Positions 48,976-59,138 of a DNA stretch of 64,000 nucleotides are shown piece by piece (the first letter of the stretch is position 1; every line of letters starts with the position of its first letter). The notes below the pieces were generated by a model. It worked only from the letters and a program-made list of their open reading frames with translations. It was not told where the DNA came from and ran no database searches. The translations under genes were made by a program, and so were the position numbers. The stretch is taken from the NCBI GenBank assembly GCA_964649665.1, contig CAZYPU010000004.1:511-64510 (forward strand), written 5' to 3'. The DNA is from an uncultured Planctomycetia bacterium. GTDB taxonomy: Bacteria; Omnitrophota; Gorgyraeia; JABMRN01; RBG-13-46-9.

Positions 48976-49219
48976 ACAAGAAGAAGAAAGCCGGGGTTCT
49001 GTCTGCAAAAAAATTTTTCATCCACTCCTAATTCATGACCGTCTTTTACCTCGCTTTTTAGAGGGGATGGCGGAACTCGCCCCACACCCAATGGTGTGGG
49101 GCTCAAACAACCGCCATCCTTTTTGTATCAAAACTTGTTACAAAGAAAACCTCTAAAAATCTCGGATAAAAGACTAAAATTTTTCAATTGCATCCAGACC
49201 CCCGGCTTTCTTCTTCTTG
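48976..49219. repeat. 244-nt rod-like palindromic element downstream of rplQ
   Basis: Perfect 21-bp terminal inverted repeat ACAAGAAGAAGAAAGCCGGGG / CCCCGGCTTTCTTCTTCTTGT. Inner pairings TTTTTAGAGG/CCTCTAAAAA and GTCTTTTA/TAAAAGAC. Apical nested hairpin GGATGGCGG..CCCCACACC-CAAT-GGTGTGGGG..CCGCCATCC. Confidence 0.75.
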
Positions 49220-49315
49220 TAGCAGCGATGCCGCTTGGCAGGCATCGCCCGGAGGCTTATTCAACACCGCCTCCTGACTACTCCCATTCCCTTTCTTTTC
49301 TCTTCGTTAATAAGG

Positions 49316-49388
49316 CTAAGGTGCCTGGTTTACCGGAGGTGCCAGGCACCCCTGGTAAACTCATCTAAGGTGCCAGGCACCTCCGGTA
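49316..49388. repeat. cluster of GGTGCC(W)GGCACC palindromes
   Basis: CTAAGGTGCC at 49316 and 49366. GGTGCCAGGCACC at 49338 and 49369. 13-bp inverted repeat TACCGGAGGTGCC (49331) / GGCACCTCCGGTA (49376). Confidence 0.7.
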
Positions 49389-49512
49389 CTGAGCGTAGTC
49401 AAGGACCACAAAATTCGCCGGAAGGGCGCTTACTGCCGGATGTCGCTTCACTTTTCGCTTGTTTATACAATAATATTATGATATATTAGAAAGGCTATAC
49501 GGAGGAGAGCAT

Positions 49513-50676
49513 ATGAAACTTGCGGATAGGGTATTACATCTTAAGCCCTCGCTTACACTTGCGATAACGGCAAAGGCGAAGGCCATGAAGAAACAGGGCC
49601 TCGACGTCATCGGATTCGGGGCGGGCGAACCTGATTTCGACACTCCGATCAGCATAAAAAAGGCCGGAATCCGGGCAATAGAAAAGGGCTTCACGAAATA
49701 TACCCCGGCTTCAGGGACAGCCGAGCTTAAGGAGGCTATTGCGCGGAAACTAAACAGGAAAAACAAGCTTTCGTATACGCCCGAAGAGGTAGTGGTATCC
49801 TGCGGGGCAAAGCACGCTTTATACAACATATTTCAGGTGCTGTGTGGGCCGGGAGATGAAGTTATCATTGTTTCGCCATACTGGGTAAGCTATCCGGAAA
49901 TGATAAAACTTAGCGGTGCTGTGCCGCGTATCGTGGAGGCAAAGGAGGAAAACGGATTTGTGCCGGAGATTGCGGCTATCGAGAAGGCTATCACAATGCG
50001 TACAAAAGCTATAGTGATAAACAGCCCCTCGAATCCGACGGGCGCCGTATTCGGAAAATCTATACTTGAGAAGTTGGCGAAATATGTCGTGTCAAAAAAG
50101 ATTATTGTCATAAGTGACGAGATATACGAAGAGTTTATATACGGTGATGAAAAACATTTTTCCATCGGCGCGTTAAATAATGAGATTCTCAAACAGACAA
50201 TCACCGTGAACGGTGTTTCCAAAACATATTCAATGACCGGATGGCGGATAGGCTATGCAGCGGGGCCCGTTGAAATTATGAAGAAAATTGCGGCCTTGCA
50301 GAGCCACTCCACGTCAAATCCGGCGTCGATATGTCAAAAAGCCGCCGTAGAGGCGCTTCAGGGCGGCGGAAGCGAAGCTGAAAAAATGAAACAGGAATTC
50401 GCCAAAAGAAGGGATCACATGGCCGGGCGCATAAATTCCATGGGAAAAGTGTCGTGTGTAAAGCCGAAAGGCGCGTTCTACATTTTCTGCAATATTAGAG
50501 GCACGGGAATTGATTCGATAACGTTTGCCGAGAGACTTTTAGAGGAAGCGCACGTCGCCTGCGTGAGCGGTATCGCTTTCGGATCGGACACCCACGTGCG
50601 GTTGAGTTTCGCGACGGACTTGAAAAACATTGAGAAAGGGCTCGATAGGATTGAAAAATGGCTGCAAAGATTGTAA
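49513..50676 (+). CDS. aspC: aspartate/aromatic aminotransferase (class I PLP enzyme)
   Basis: GFGAGEPDFDTP, SPSNPTG, SKTYSMTGWRIGY motifs. Confidence 0.85.
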   Translation: MKLADRVLHLKPSLTLAITAKAKAMKKQGLDVIGFGAGEPDFDTPISIKKAGIRAIEKGFTKYTPASGTAELKEAIARKLNRKNKLSYTPEEVVVSCGAKHALYNIFQVLCGPGDEVIIVSPYWVSYPEMIKLSGAVPRIVEAKEENGFVPEIAAIEKAITMRTKAIVINSPSNPTGAVFGKSILEKLAKYVVSKKIIVISDEIYEEFIYGDEKHFSIGALNNEILKQTITVNGVSKTYSMTGWRIGYAAGPVEIMKKIAALQSHSTSNPASICQKAAVEALQGGGSEAEKMKQEFAKRRDHMAGRINSMGKVSCVKPKGAFYIFCNIRGTGIDSITFAERLLEEAHVACVSGIAFGSDTHVRLSFATDLKNIEKGLDRIEKWLQRL

Positions 50677-51941
50677 AGCAAACAATTGCGGAAAAAATAT
50701 TGAGCGCTCACGCCCAAAAAGAGCTGAGGGCGGGGGAAATAGCAATCTGCGAAGTGGACTTCTGTTTGGGGCAGGACGGGACAAGCTCTTTGATAATAGA
50801 GAACTTTGAGAAACTGGGCACCGGCAAGGTCTTTAACGCATCGCAATTTACCATGTTCATTGACCATAGCGCCCCGAGCCCGAATACCGGCGTATCAGCC
50901 ATACATAAGTTAATGCGCGGGTTTGCCGCCAAGCATTCGGTGAAAATATCCGATATCGGCCGCGGTATATGCCATCAGTTGATGATTGAATCCGGCAGCA
51001 TAACCTGCGGCAACCTTGTCGTGGGAGCGGATTCACATACCTGCACTTATGGCGCGCTTAACATATTTTCCACCGGCGTCGGTTCGACGGACCTCGCTAT
51101 CAGCCTTGCAAGCGGCAAGAACTGGTTTAGGGTTCCGGAAACAATAAAAATAGTCATAAAAGGCAAATTACCCGTAGGCGTCTACTCAAAAGATGTGATC
51201 CTGCGGATAATAAAAACAATTACTTCCAAGGGCGCGAACTATAAAGCGCTCGAGTTCTGCGGGGACACCATCGGGAGAATGAGCCTTGACGCCCGTTTTA
51301 CAATCGCGAACATGTCCGTTGAGATGGGAGCGAAATGCGGCATATTCGAGGCGGATAAAAAAGTTTTGGACTGGATTACAAGGCGCACAAAGCGAAAACC
51401 GAGCCCCGTTACAGCAGACGAGGGCTCATCATACGAGGGGGTTAAGGAATATCACGTAAGCTCCATGACGCCGCAGGTTGCCATGCCGCACGAAGTTGAC
51501 AATGTTGCATCGATCGGAGATGTTGAGGGTACGCGCATTGATGAGGTTTTCATAGGGACGTGCACGAACGGCCGCCTGGAAGACCTTGAGGTCGCCGCCC
51601 GTATTCTTAAAAACAATAAGGTTCACCCTGAAACGAGGCTTATGGTTGCGCCCGCCTCGCGGGAGGTTTTTCTAAGCGCGGTTAAAAAGGGCTACGTCGA
51701 GACTTTTATAGACGCGGGGGCCGCCCTATTGGGGCCCGGATGCGGACCGTGCGTCGGCACGCATAACGGCGTTCCTGCCGATGGGGAGAATGTCATTTCC
51801 ACGGCAAACCGCAATTTCAAAGGGAGAATGGGCAATCCCAACGCGAATATATTCCTCGCAAGCCCGGCCACCTGCGCCGCCTCGGCCCTCGAAGGCAAGA
51901 TTTCCGACCCGCGGGCATTTTCGAGAAGGCTTTCGCAATGA
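50658..51941 (+). CDS. aconitase-family hydro-lyase large subunit (LeuC/HacA type)
   Basis: 427 aa. [36 protein letters not shown] cluster-binding motifs. Confidence 0.8.
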   Translation: MAAKIVKQTIAEKILSAHAQKELRAGEIAICEVDFCLGQDGTSSLIIENFEKLGTGKVFNASQFTMFIDHSAPSPNTGVSAIHKLMRGFAAKHSVKISDIGRGICHQLMIESGSITCGNLVVGADSHTCTYGALNIFSTGVGSTDLAISLASGKNWFRVPETIKIVIKGKLPVGVYSKDVILRIIKTITSKGANYKALEFCGDTIGRMSLDARFTIANMSVEMGAKCGIFEADKKVLDWITRRTKRKPSPVTADEGSSYEGVKEYHVSSMTPQVAMPHEVDNVASIGDVEGTRIDEVFIGTCTNGRLEDLEVAARILKNNKVHPETRLMVAPASREVFLSAVKKGYVETFIDAGAALLGPGCGPCVGTHNGVPADGENVISTANRNFKGRMGNPNANIFLASPATCAASALEGKISDPRAFSRRLSQ

Positions 51942-52447
51942 GCAACCTGGCGCACCGCTTAAAAAAGCTGCAAAACAATGTAAACACCGACTATATAATT
52001 TCCGGGCGTTATAAATTTCGCATACGCGATGCCAGGGAACTGGCAAAATATGTTTTCGCGGACCTGGAAAAAGATTTCTATAAAAAGGTGGCAAGAGGTG
52101 ATTTTTTGGTAAGCGGGGAAAATTTCGGCTGCGGCTCGTCAAGGGAACAGGCGCCGCAAGCCTTAAAGGCCGCAGGCCTTAGGGCGGTTGTGGCGAAAAG
52201 TTTTGCGCGAATTTTTTACAGGAACGCCTTGAACCTCGGGCTTCTGCTTCTGGAGTGTAATACCAATTACATAGACGATCATGACGAGTTGGAATTAGAC
52301 CTGGGCAGGAATATAATAAAGAACAAATCGAAAGGGCTCAATATTGCGTGTAAGCCCATAGCCCCTCTGGCGAAAAAAATTCTCGCCGAAGGGGGCATGG
52401 TAGAGTATTTCAAAAAACACAAAGGACAGCTTGAAATTGAAGCATAA
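51938..52447 (+). CDS. aconitase-family hydro-lyase small subunit (LeuD/HacB type)
   Basis: 169 aa. [21 protein letters not shown]. Coupled to the large subunit. Confidence 0.8.
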   Translation: MSNLAHRLKKLQNNVNTDYIISGRYKFRIRDARELAKYVFADLEKDFYKKVARGDFLVSGENFGCGSSREQAPQALKAAGLRAVVAKSFARIFYRNALNLGLLLLECNTNYIDDHDELELDLGRNIIKNKSKGLNIACKPIAPLAKKILAEGGMVEYFKKHKGQLEIEA

Positions 52448-53516
52448 CATAACGTTAATCCCGGGAGACGGCATAGGACCGGAAATAAGCGAAAGTGCCA
52501 GGCGCGCGGTCGAGGCAACAGGTGTAAAGGTAAAATGGGACATCGTAGAAGCCGGCGGCGATGTTATTAAAAAGCACAAAACCCCGCTTCCGGACTCTGT
52601 AATCCGGTCAATAAGAAAAAACAAAATCGCCATAAAAGGCCCCATTGTAACGCCCGTCGGTTCGGGCTTCCGGAGCGTGAACGTAAAAATACGACAGGAA
52701 CTCGGCCTGTTTGCGTGCGTAAGGCCATGCAAGCTCTATAAAGGCGTGCGGTCGAATTACAAAAACGTGGATATCGTGATTATCAGGGAGAACACCGAGG
52801 GCCTCTATTCCGGCATCGAGTTCGAGAAAGGCACGAAAGCCCTTGATGAAGTTCGCGCCGCTATACAAAAAAATTCGGGCATCAAAATAAGGCCCGACGC
52901 TGCGCTCAGTATTAAACCTATTTCCGAAGGCGGCTCAAGAAGAATCGTGGAATTTGCTTTTAAGTATGCCCGGGAATTTGACCGCAAGAAGGTTACCGCT
53001 GTCCACAAAGCCAATATCATGAAATACACTGACGGGTTATTTCTCGATGCTGCGCGGCGCGCGGCGAAAAAATTTCCGGATATTGAGTTTGAAGACAGAA
53101 TCGTGGATAACATGTGCATGCAGCTTGTGCAGAAGCCCCAGCTCTATGACGTGCTGGTTGCGCCCAACCTTTATGGGGATATACTGTCGGATTTATGCGC
53201 CGGACTGGTCGGGGGACTGGGCGTGGCGCCGGGAGCTAACCTGGGAAGGGATATCGCCCTTTTTGAGCCGACACACGGAAGCGCTCCGAAGTATAAAGGG
53301 CAAAACAAAGTCAACCCTGCGGCCATGCTGCTATCGGCCGTGCTGATGCTGCGGCATATAGGCGAAAAAAAAGCCGCACGCTCACTCGAGAACGCCGTCG
53401 CGTCCGTGATAAGTGAAGGTAAGTACGTAACATACGATTTAAAAGAAGACAGGAATGATCCGACAGCCGTTGGCACAACGGAAATGACGGATGCCATTAT
53501 AGGCCGACTAAAATGA
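52431..53516 (+). CDS. icd: isocitrate/homoisocitrate-type beta-decarboxylating dehydrogenase
   Basis: [67 protein letters not shown]. Confidence 0.8.
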   Translation: MKLKHNITLIPGDGIGPEISESARRAVEATGVKVKWDIVEAGGDVIKKHKTPLPDSVIRSIRKNKIAIKGPIVTPVGSGFRSVNVKIRQELGLFACVRPCKLYKGVRSNYKNVDIVIIRENTEGLYSGIEFEKGTKALDEVRAAIQKNSGIKIRPDAALSIKPISEGGSRRIVEFAFKYAREFDRKKVTAVHKANIMKYTDGLFLDAARRAAKKFPDIEFEDRIVDNMCMQLVQKPQLYDVLVAPNLYGDILSDLCAGLVGGLGVAPGANLGRDIALFEPTHGSAPKYKGQNKVNPAAMLLSAVLMLRHIGEKKAARSLENAVASVISEGKYVTYDLKEDRNDPTAVGTTEMTDAIIGRLK

Positions 53517-54427
53517 AAGTATCAATTATAGGCGCCGGCAATGTAGGTTCGGCGCTGGCAGAGCGCGTCCTGACGCGCGGCCTGGCGGAGGTTGTCCTGG
53601 TAGATACCGTGGGCGATTTAGCCAGGGCAAAGGCGCTTGACCTCACGGATGCCCGGCCGCTTATGGGGTATAAAAAAAGTGTGCTGGGAACAAATAATTA
53701 CAGGGACACAAGCGGCTCGGAAATAGTCGTTGTGACAGCGGGCTTCCCCAGGCAGCCGGGAATGTCGCGGGATGACCTTATAAGCAAAAACCGAATGATC
53801 ATAAGCGCCGTCGCCAAGAGCGTAAAGGTGTTTACGCCCGGGGCCATCCTCGTTATAGTTACAAATCCCCTGGACGTGATGACGTACCTGGCGTACAGGG
53901 AAACAGCGTTTGACCGTCAGAGAATTATCGGAATGGCCGGCAATCTGGATACGGCGAGATTCAAGGCGCTTCTCGCACAGGAAACCGGCGCGTCGCCGGA
54001 GAAGATAGAGACGTTTGTGCTGGGAAGCCACGGCGATACGATGGTGCCGCTGATCTCAAGGACACGCGTGGAAGGAAAGCCGCTGGATAAGGTATTAAAG
54101 CGGGATGTGATCAAACGACTTGTAGAAAATACAAAAATGAGGGGCGGCGAAATAGTAAAGCTTTTAAAATCCGGGAGCGCTTATTTTTCGCCGAGCGCGG
54201 CGTGTCTTGAGATTCTGAGCGCACTTATACTCGACGAAAAGAAAGTGATACCGTGTTCGGCGATTACAAACGGTGAATACGGGATAAGGGATTGTGCTAT
54301 CGGCGTCCCGGCGAGAATAGGCAGGAGCGGCGTTTCGGAAATCCTTGAATGGGATCTGGCCGAAGGGGAGCTTGCCGCTCTACGTAAATCGGCGAGTGCG
54401 GCACGGGAAGCTTTGGATAAATTATAA
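53513..54427 (+). CDS. mdh: malate dehydrogenase (LDH-like family)
   Basis: [25 protein letters not shown] with Arg at the substrate-specificity position typical of MDH. Confidence 0.85.
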   Translation: MKVSIIGAGNVGSALAERVLTRGLAEVVLVDTVGDLARAKALDLTDARPLMGYKKSVLGTNNYRDTSGSEIVVVTAGFPRQPGMSRDDLISKNRMIISAVAKSVKVFTPGAILVIVTNPLDVMTYLAYRETAFDRQRIIGMAGNLDTARFKALLAQETGASPEKIETFVLGSHGDTMVPLISRTRVEGKPLDKVLKRDVIKRLVENTKMRGGEIVKLLKSGSAYFSPSAACLEILSALILDEKKVIPCSAITNGEYGIRDCAIGVPARIGRSGVSEILEWDLAEGELAALRKSASAAREALDKL

Positions 54428-54439
54428 GAGGGAGACGGT

Positions 54440-55624
54440 ATGCAGGAAGCAAACAGGTTAAAACGATTGCCGCTTTATCTCTTTACCATCATTGACAACT
54501 TAAAAGATGAAGCGAAAAAGAAAGGCCTTGATGTCATAGATCTTGGGATGGGGAATCCGGACCAGCCGACGCCCAAACACATCGTGAGTGAGCTCCGAAA
54601 GAGATCGCTCGTAAAAGAAAACTACAGATATTCAAGGTCAATAGACACTTCCGAGATAAAGCTGAGGAGGGCAGTCGCAAAATGGTACGATAGGCGGTTT
54701 GGAGTCAAACTGGAACCCGATTCGGAGGTCCTTCCCCTTATCGGCTCCAAGGAGGGAATCGCGCATCTCTCGCTGGCTTTTCTGAACAACGAGGATGTGG
54801 CGCTGGTCCCGAATCCGGCATATCCGGTCCATTTCAACGGCGTGCTTATAGCCGGCGGCATACTTCATAACATACCGATTTACGAAAAAGATGGATATCT
54901 CCCGAATTTGAGAAAACTGCCGAAGGACATTACCAGGCGCTCCAAGCTTCTTTTTTTAAGCTACCCTCATAACCCTACTACGGCAATTGCAACGCCGGAA
55001 TTCTTCCGCGATGTTGTCAGCTGGAGCGCGGGAAAAAATATCATAATCGGCCATGACCTGGCCTATTCCGACATAGTTTTTGATAACTATAAGGCGCCCA
55101 GCATCCTCCAGGTGAAAGGGGCAAAGAAAACCTGCATAGAGTTTCACACCTGTTCCAAGTCGTATAACATGGCGGGCTGGCGTATGGGTTTTGCCGTCGG
55201 GAACCGCGATATCCTAAGAACGCTCGCAAAGACAAAAAGCTATATAGATTTCGGTATTTTCAAGCCGATACAGTACGCTGCCATAAAAGCGCTTCTCGGG
55301 CCGCAGGGATGTGTAAAGAAACTTGTTTCAATGTACGAAAAAAGGCGCGACACCCTTGTGGAAGGGCTTGCGGAAATCGGCTGGCACGTTCCCCTGCCCA
55401 AGGCGACTTTCTACGTGTGGGCGCGCATACCGGATAAATACAGCGCGTTGACTTCAATGGAATTCGTAGCGCTTCTTATAAGGGAAACAGGTGTCGCCGT
55501 CGCGCCCGGGACGGGATTCGGGGAATACGGCGAGGGGTACGTAAGGTTTGCCCTCGTTGAAGATACAAAGCGACTCCGGGAAGCCGTAAAAAGAATAAAA
55601 CGGCTCCTGGAGATGGAAACCTAA
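54440..55624 (+). CDS. class I/II aminotransferase (AspC/DapL-like)
   Basis: DLGMGNPDQPTP, YPHNPT, SKSYNMAGWRMGF motifs. Confidence 0.75.
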   Translation: MQEANRLKRLPLYLFTIIDNLKDEAKKKGLDVIDLGMGNPDQPTPKHIVSELRKRSLVKENYRYSRSIDTSEIKLRRAVAKWYDRRFGVKLEPDSEVLPLIGSKEGIAHLSLAFLNNEDVALVPNPAYPVHFNGVLIAGGILHNIPIYEKDGYLPNLRKLPKDITRRSKLLFLSYPHNPTTAIATPEFFRDVVSWSAGKNIIIGHDLAYSDIVFDNYKAPSILQVKGAKKTCIEFHTCSKSYNMAGWRMGFAVGNRDILRTLAKTKSYIDFGIFKPIQYAAIKALLGPQGCVKKLVSMYEKRRDTLVEGLAEIGWHVPLPKATFYVWARIPDKYSALTSMEFVALLIRETGVAVAPGTGFGEYGEGYVRFALVEDTKRLREAVKRIKRLLEMET

Positions 55625-55630
55625 TGGGGT

Positions 55631-56752
55631 ATGGATAAGAAACGCGTTCTTTTGATGTACATCTCCGAAAATTCGGGGCATCACCATGCGACGCTCGCCA
55701 TCGAAAAGGCCTTCCACAAAGCGTGCTGTGATATTGAAATACTCAACGTAAATTCCTTCAATTATACTAATCCCATTCTCGAGAAAATAATAAATAGGGC
55801 CTACATGAGTATCATAAAACGCAGGCCCGAGGTATGGGGATATCTGTACGACAATCCCGGGGTCATAAGAAAAACACAGCGATTAAGGGAGGCGATACAC
55901 AAATACAACTCGCAAAAAATGAGAAACCTCCTTGACGGCTTCCGGCCGCATGCGGTTATCTGTACCCAGGCTTTCCCTTGCGGGATCGTGGCGGACTGTA
56001 AAAAAAAGGAAGCGCGCAATTTTGTGCTCGCCGGGGTCCTCACGGATTACGCCCCGCATTATTATTGGCTGTACGACAGCGTTGATCTCTATTTTGTTCC
56101 CTCGGAAAGAACGGGGGACAGGCTTATTTTAAACGGCATATCCGCGGATAAGGTAAAGATAACGGGTATCCCGATCGACCCCAAATTCAACGATGTTGTC
56201 GATGGGGAGGCGGTACGCAACTCTCTGGGCCTCGCGCAAAACACACCTGTAATCCTTATAATGGGGGGGAGCCAGGGAATCGGCCCGGTAATGGAGATAG
56301 TGAAGATCTTAAACGCTCTAAAAACGGAATTGCAGATCGTGGTCGTCGCCGGCGGAAACAAAAAACTCTACCGCATGCTTAAAAAGAAAGAGGGGCGGCT
56401 TACGAAAAAGATGATTGTTTTCCCGTATACGGAAAATATCGAGGAGCTTATGGAAATATCCTCCGTGATTGTCACAAAGCCCGGAGGCATCACGGTGAGC
56501 GAATCGCTAGCCAAGGGCCTGCCCGTATTGATAGTTAAGCCCATCCCCGGGCAGGAGCAAATGAACACCGAACATCTGATAAAAGATAAAGTGGCGATCA
56601 AAGCCGATAACCTGCACGATGTGGGCGTTTTTGTTACAGAATTATTTTCGAATCCCGCATCCCTTAAGAATATGCGCGACCGCGCAAGGGCGCTTTCGAA
56701 ACCGAAAAGCGCCCAGGACATAGTTGATACCGTATTGAAAAGGATTATGTAA
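55631..56752 (+). CDS. MGDG-synthase-family glycosyltransferase (GT28, diacylglycerol glycosyltransferase-like)
   Basis: N-terminus SENSGHHHATLAIEKAF. C-terminus VTKPGGITVSESLAKGLPVL. Confidence 0.7.
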   Translation: MDKKRVLLMYISENSGHHHATLAIEKAFHKACCDIEILNVNSFNYTNPILEKIINRAYMSIIKRRPEVWGYLYDNPGVIRKTQRLREAIHKYNSQKMRNLLDGFRPHAVICTQAFPCGIVADCKKKEARNFVLAGVLTDYAPHYYWLYDSVDLYFVPSERTGDRLILNGISADKVKITGIPIDPKFNDVVDGEAVRNSLGLAQNTPVILIMGGSQGIGPVMEIVKILNALKTELQIVVVAGGNKKLYRMLKKKEGRLTKKMIVFPYTENIEELMEISSVIVTKPGGITVSESLAKGLPVLIVKPIPGQEQMNTEHLIKDKVAIKADNLHDVGVFVTELFSNPASLKNMRDRARALSKPKSAQDIVDTVLKRIM

Positions 56753-57603
56753 TGCTATACTTGCTTTACAGAGTGGGGAGACGGTTTGCTTTATTGCTTC
56801 CCATCGGGGCGTGCTACGCGATGGCCGTCTTCATGGCGGACGTATACTATCTTTTTGCGCGGAGGGATAAAATTGACCTAGAATATAACCTTAGGGTTGT
56901 GCTGGGAAATGACGACAAGAAATTAATCCAAAAACATGTCAGGGGCATATTCAGAAATTTCGCCAAATACCTCGCGGACTTTTTCAGATTTGCAAAATTG
57001 GACCGGGATTATATAATGAGCCATATTACCGTAGAGGGCAAAGAAAACGTGGACAAGGCGCTCTCGAAGGGAAAAGGGGCGCTTCTTGTGGCGGCCCACA
57101 TGGGAAACTGGGAGCTCGGCGGCGCGGTCGTAGCAAGCCTCGGGTATCCGCTTTATGCCATTGTGCTTGGCCACAAGGACAAGAAAATTAACAGTTTCTT
57201 CCTCGAACAGCGCACCATTGCCGACATGAAGATAATACCCGTCGGCGCCCAGCTTAGGAACTGCTTCAGGATTTTAAGGCAAAATAATCTCATCGCAATC
57301 GTAGGGGACAGGAACTTCTCAAATCACGGCGTGATGGCAAATTTCTTCAATCGGGAAGCTGTCCTTCCCAGGGGGCCTGCATTTTTCAGTTTAAAAACGG
57401 GGGCCCCTATTATACTCACTTTAATGATTCGCACAAAAGGTGATAATTTTAAGCTGATTTTCGAGAAGCCGATAGAAAGCGTTCCCCAAAAAACCGATGA
57501 AGCCGGCATAAAGTCGGTCATGCAGCGTTATGTGCCGCTGCTTGAAAAATATATAAAGGCCTATCCCGACCAGTGGTACGCCTTCCGGAGGGTGTGGCAG
57601 TGA
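56752..57603 (+). CDS. LpxL/HtrB-family lysophospholipid/lipid A acyltransferase
   Basis: LVAAHMGNWELGG and YPDQWYAFRRVW motifs of the lauroyl acyltransferase family. Confidence 0.7.
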   Translation: MLYLLYRVGRRFALLLPIGACYAMAVFMADVYYLFARRDKIDLEYNLRVVLGNDDKKLIQKHVRGIFRNFAKYLADFFRFAKLDRDYIMSHITVEGKENVDKALSKGKGALLVAAHMGNWELGGAVVASLGYPLYAIVLGHKDKKINSFFLEQRTIADMKIIPVGAQLRNCFRILRQNNLIAIVGDRNFSNHGVMANFFNREAVLPRGPAFFSLKTGAPIILTLMIRTKGDNFKLIFEKPIESVPQKTDEAGIKSVMQRYVPLLEKYIKAYPDQWYAFRRVWQ

Positions 57604-58274
57604 TGAAAACGTGTGTTTTGATACCGTCCTATAACGTAAGCTCCACTATCGGGGGCATCGCAAAAGAAATAAAAGATATGGGGTTTGATGTTATCGTAGT
57701 GGATGACGGCTCTACGGATAATACCGAAAGGGCCGCAGCCGATAACGGCGCAATTGTTATGCGGCACGTGAAAAACCTCGGCAAAGGCGCTTCCCTCAAG
57801 GAGGGGTTTGATTTCATACTTAGGATGACAAACTTTGATTTTGTCGTAATAATGGACGGTGACGGCCAGCACAGCCCGAAAGATATCCAGAAATTTATAG
57901 CGCACGCCCGCGAGCAGAGTGATGACATAGTAGTCGGAAACCGCATGGGCCTCACAAGGAATATGCCCTTTGTGAGGAATATGACGAACAGGATTATGTC
58001 TTCGGTGCTCTCGACGTTGTGCGGGCAGCGCATCCCGGACACGCAATGCGGATTTCGGCTCATAAGGCGCGGCGTTCTTGAAAAAATAAAACTTGAATCA
58101 AGCAAATATGACCTGGAATCGGAGCTTCTCATAAAGGCCTCTCGCAGGAATATGAAAATCGCCTCCGTGCCCGTAGAAAGCATTTACAGGGACGAACTGA
58201 GCCGCATACACCCGGTAAAGGACACCATCAGGTTTATGAGCCTTCTTTTGAAATCATATTTTGAGAAAAAATGA
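57603..58274 (+). CDS. family 2 glycosyltransferase (polyprenol-phosphate glycosyltransferase-like)
   Basis: Start placed at ATG 57603 (MKTCVLIPSYN), overlapping the previous stop. VVDDGSTDNT, MDGDGQH. Confidence 0.75.
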   Translation: MKTCVLIPSYNVSSTIGGIAKEIKDMGFDVIVVDDGSTDNTERAAADNGAIVMRHVKNLGKGASLKEGFDFILRMTNFDFVVIMDGDGQHSPKDIQKFIAHAREQSDDIVVGNRMGLTRNMPFVRNMTNRIMSSVLSTLCGQRIPDTQCGFRLIRRGVLEKIKLESSKYDLESELLIKASRRNMKIASVPVESIYRDELSRIHPVKDTIRFMSLLLKSYFEKK

Positions 58275-58912
58275 ATTACACGGAGCTTCGTCGGGAAATG
58301 GTTGAGCGACAGCTCTTGGGGCGCGGCATAACCGATGCGCGCGTTTTAGAGGCCTTTCGCGAAGTTGAGCGCCATGAATTTGTTCCCGAGGATGTGCGCA
58401 AAAGCGCTTACGAGGATCATCCACTTCCTATCGGCGAAGATCAGACCATATCCCAGCCGTACATGGTCGCCCTGATGACCGGGTGCCTACGCCTCAAAGG
58501 CGACGAGAAAATCCTTGAAATCGGAACGGGCAGCGGCTACCAGTCGGCGATCCTGTCCGCTCTCGCGAAAAAGGTTTATTCACTGGAGCGTATCGCTTCG
58601 CTCGCGGAAAGGGCCGAGGGTCGCTTAAAAAGCCTCGGATACAGCAATGTAACATGCGGGGTAGGGGACGGGACTTTGGGCTGGAAAGAACACGCACCCT
58701 ATGACGGTATTATCGTTACTGCGGCGGCGCCAAAAATTCCCGACGCTTACACCGGGCAGCTTGCCGCCGGCGGAAGACTCGTAATCCCGCTTGGTTCGTC
58801 TTTCAGCCAGGTATTAACCGTTATCGAAAAAACTCCTGGAGGCCTTACGACTTCGGAGATATGCGGCTGCGTCTTCGTCCCGCTTCTCGGCAAGGAAGGC
58901 TGGAAAGAGTAG
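58271..58912 (+). CDS. pcm: protein-L-isoaspartate O-methyltransferase
   Basis: TISQPYMVALM, LEIGTGSGYQSAIL. Confidence 0.9.
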   Translation: MNYTELRREMVERQLLGRGITDARVLEAFREVERHEFVPEDVRKSAYEDHPLPIGEDQTISQPYMVALMTGCLRLKGDEKILEIGTGSGYQSAILSALAKKVYSLERIASLAERAEGRLKSLGYSNVTCGVGDGTLGWKEHAPYDGIIVTAAAPKIPDAYTGQLAAGGRLVIPLGSSFSQVLTVIEKTPGGLTTSEICGCVFVPLLGKEGWKE

Positions 58913-58918
58913 TTCGAT

Positions 58919-59054
58919 CGGCAGCTGACAGCAGGCGCCCTTCCGGCGAATTTTGTGGCTCGCTGCAATTGATGTGTTGAAGATTTCATTCACTCAATTG
59001 CGACGCTCGCGCACAAAATTTGTCGCCTCCAGGGCATCCTGCTGCCAGCTGCCG
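58919..59054. repeat. 136-nt long imperfect hairpin
   Basis: ~57-nt arms (CGGCAGCTGACAGCAGGCGCCC...GCAATTGA / TCAATTGC...CCTGCTGCCAGCTGCCG) with spaced mismatches and a 21-nt loop. Confidence 0.7.
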
Positions 59055-59138
59055 TAAACGACTCGACGTTAACGCCTTCCTAGTCGAAGCAGTACTTAAG
59101 GTGGTTAAAAAAAGGAAAAACAAAATTCAAAGGGCCCC

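Noticed and set aside
49096-49489. 90-aa and 84-aa + strand ORFs downstream of rplQ
   Set aside because: They overlap palindromic repeats, lack RBS, and have proline/leucine-rich composition without motifs.
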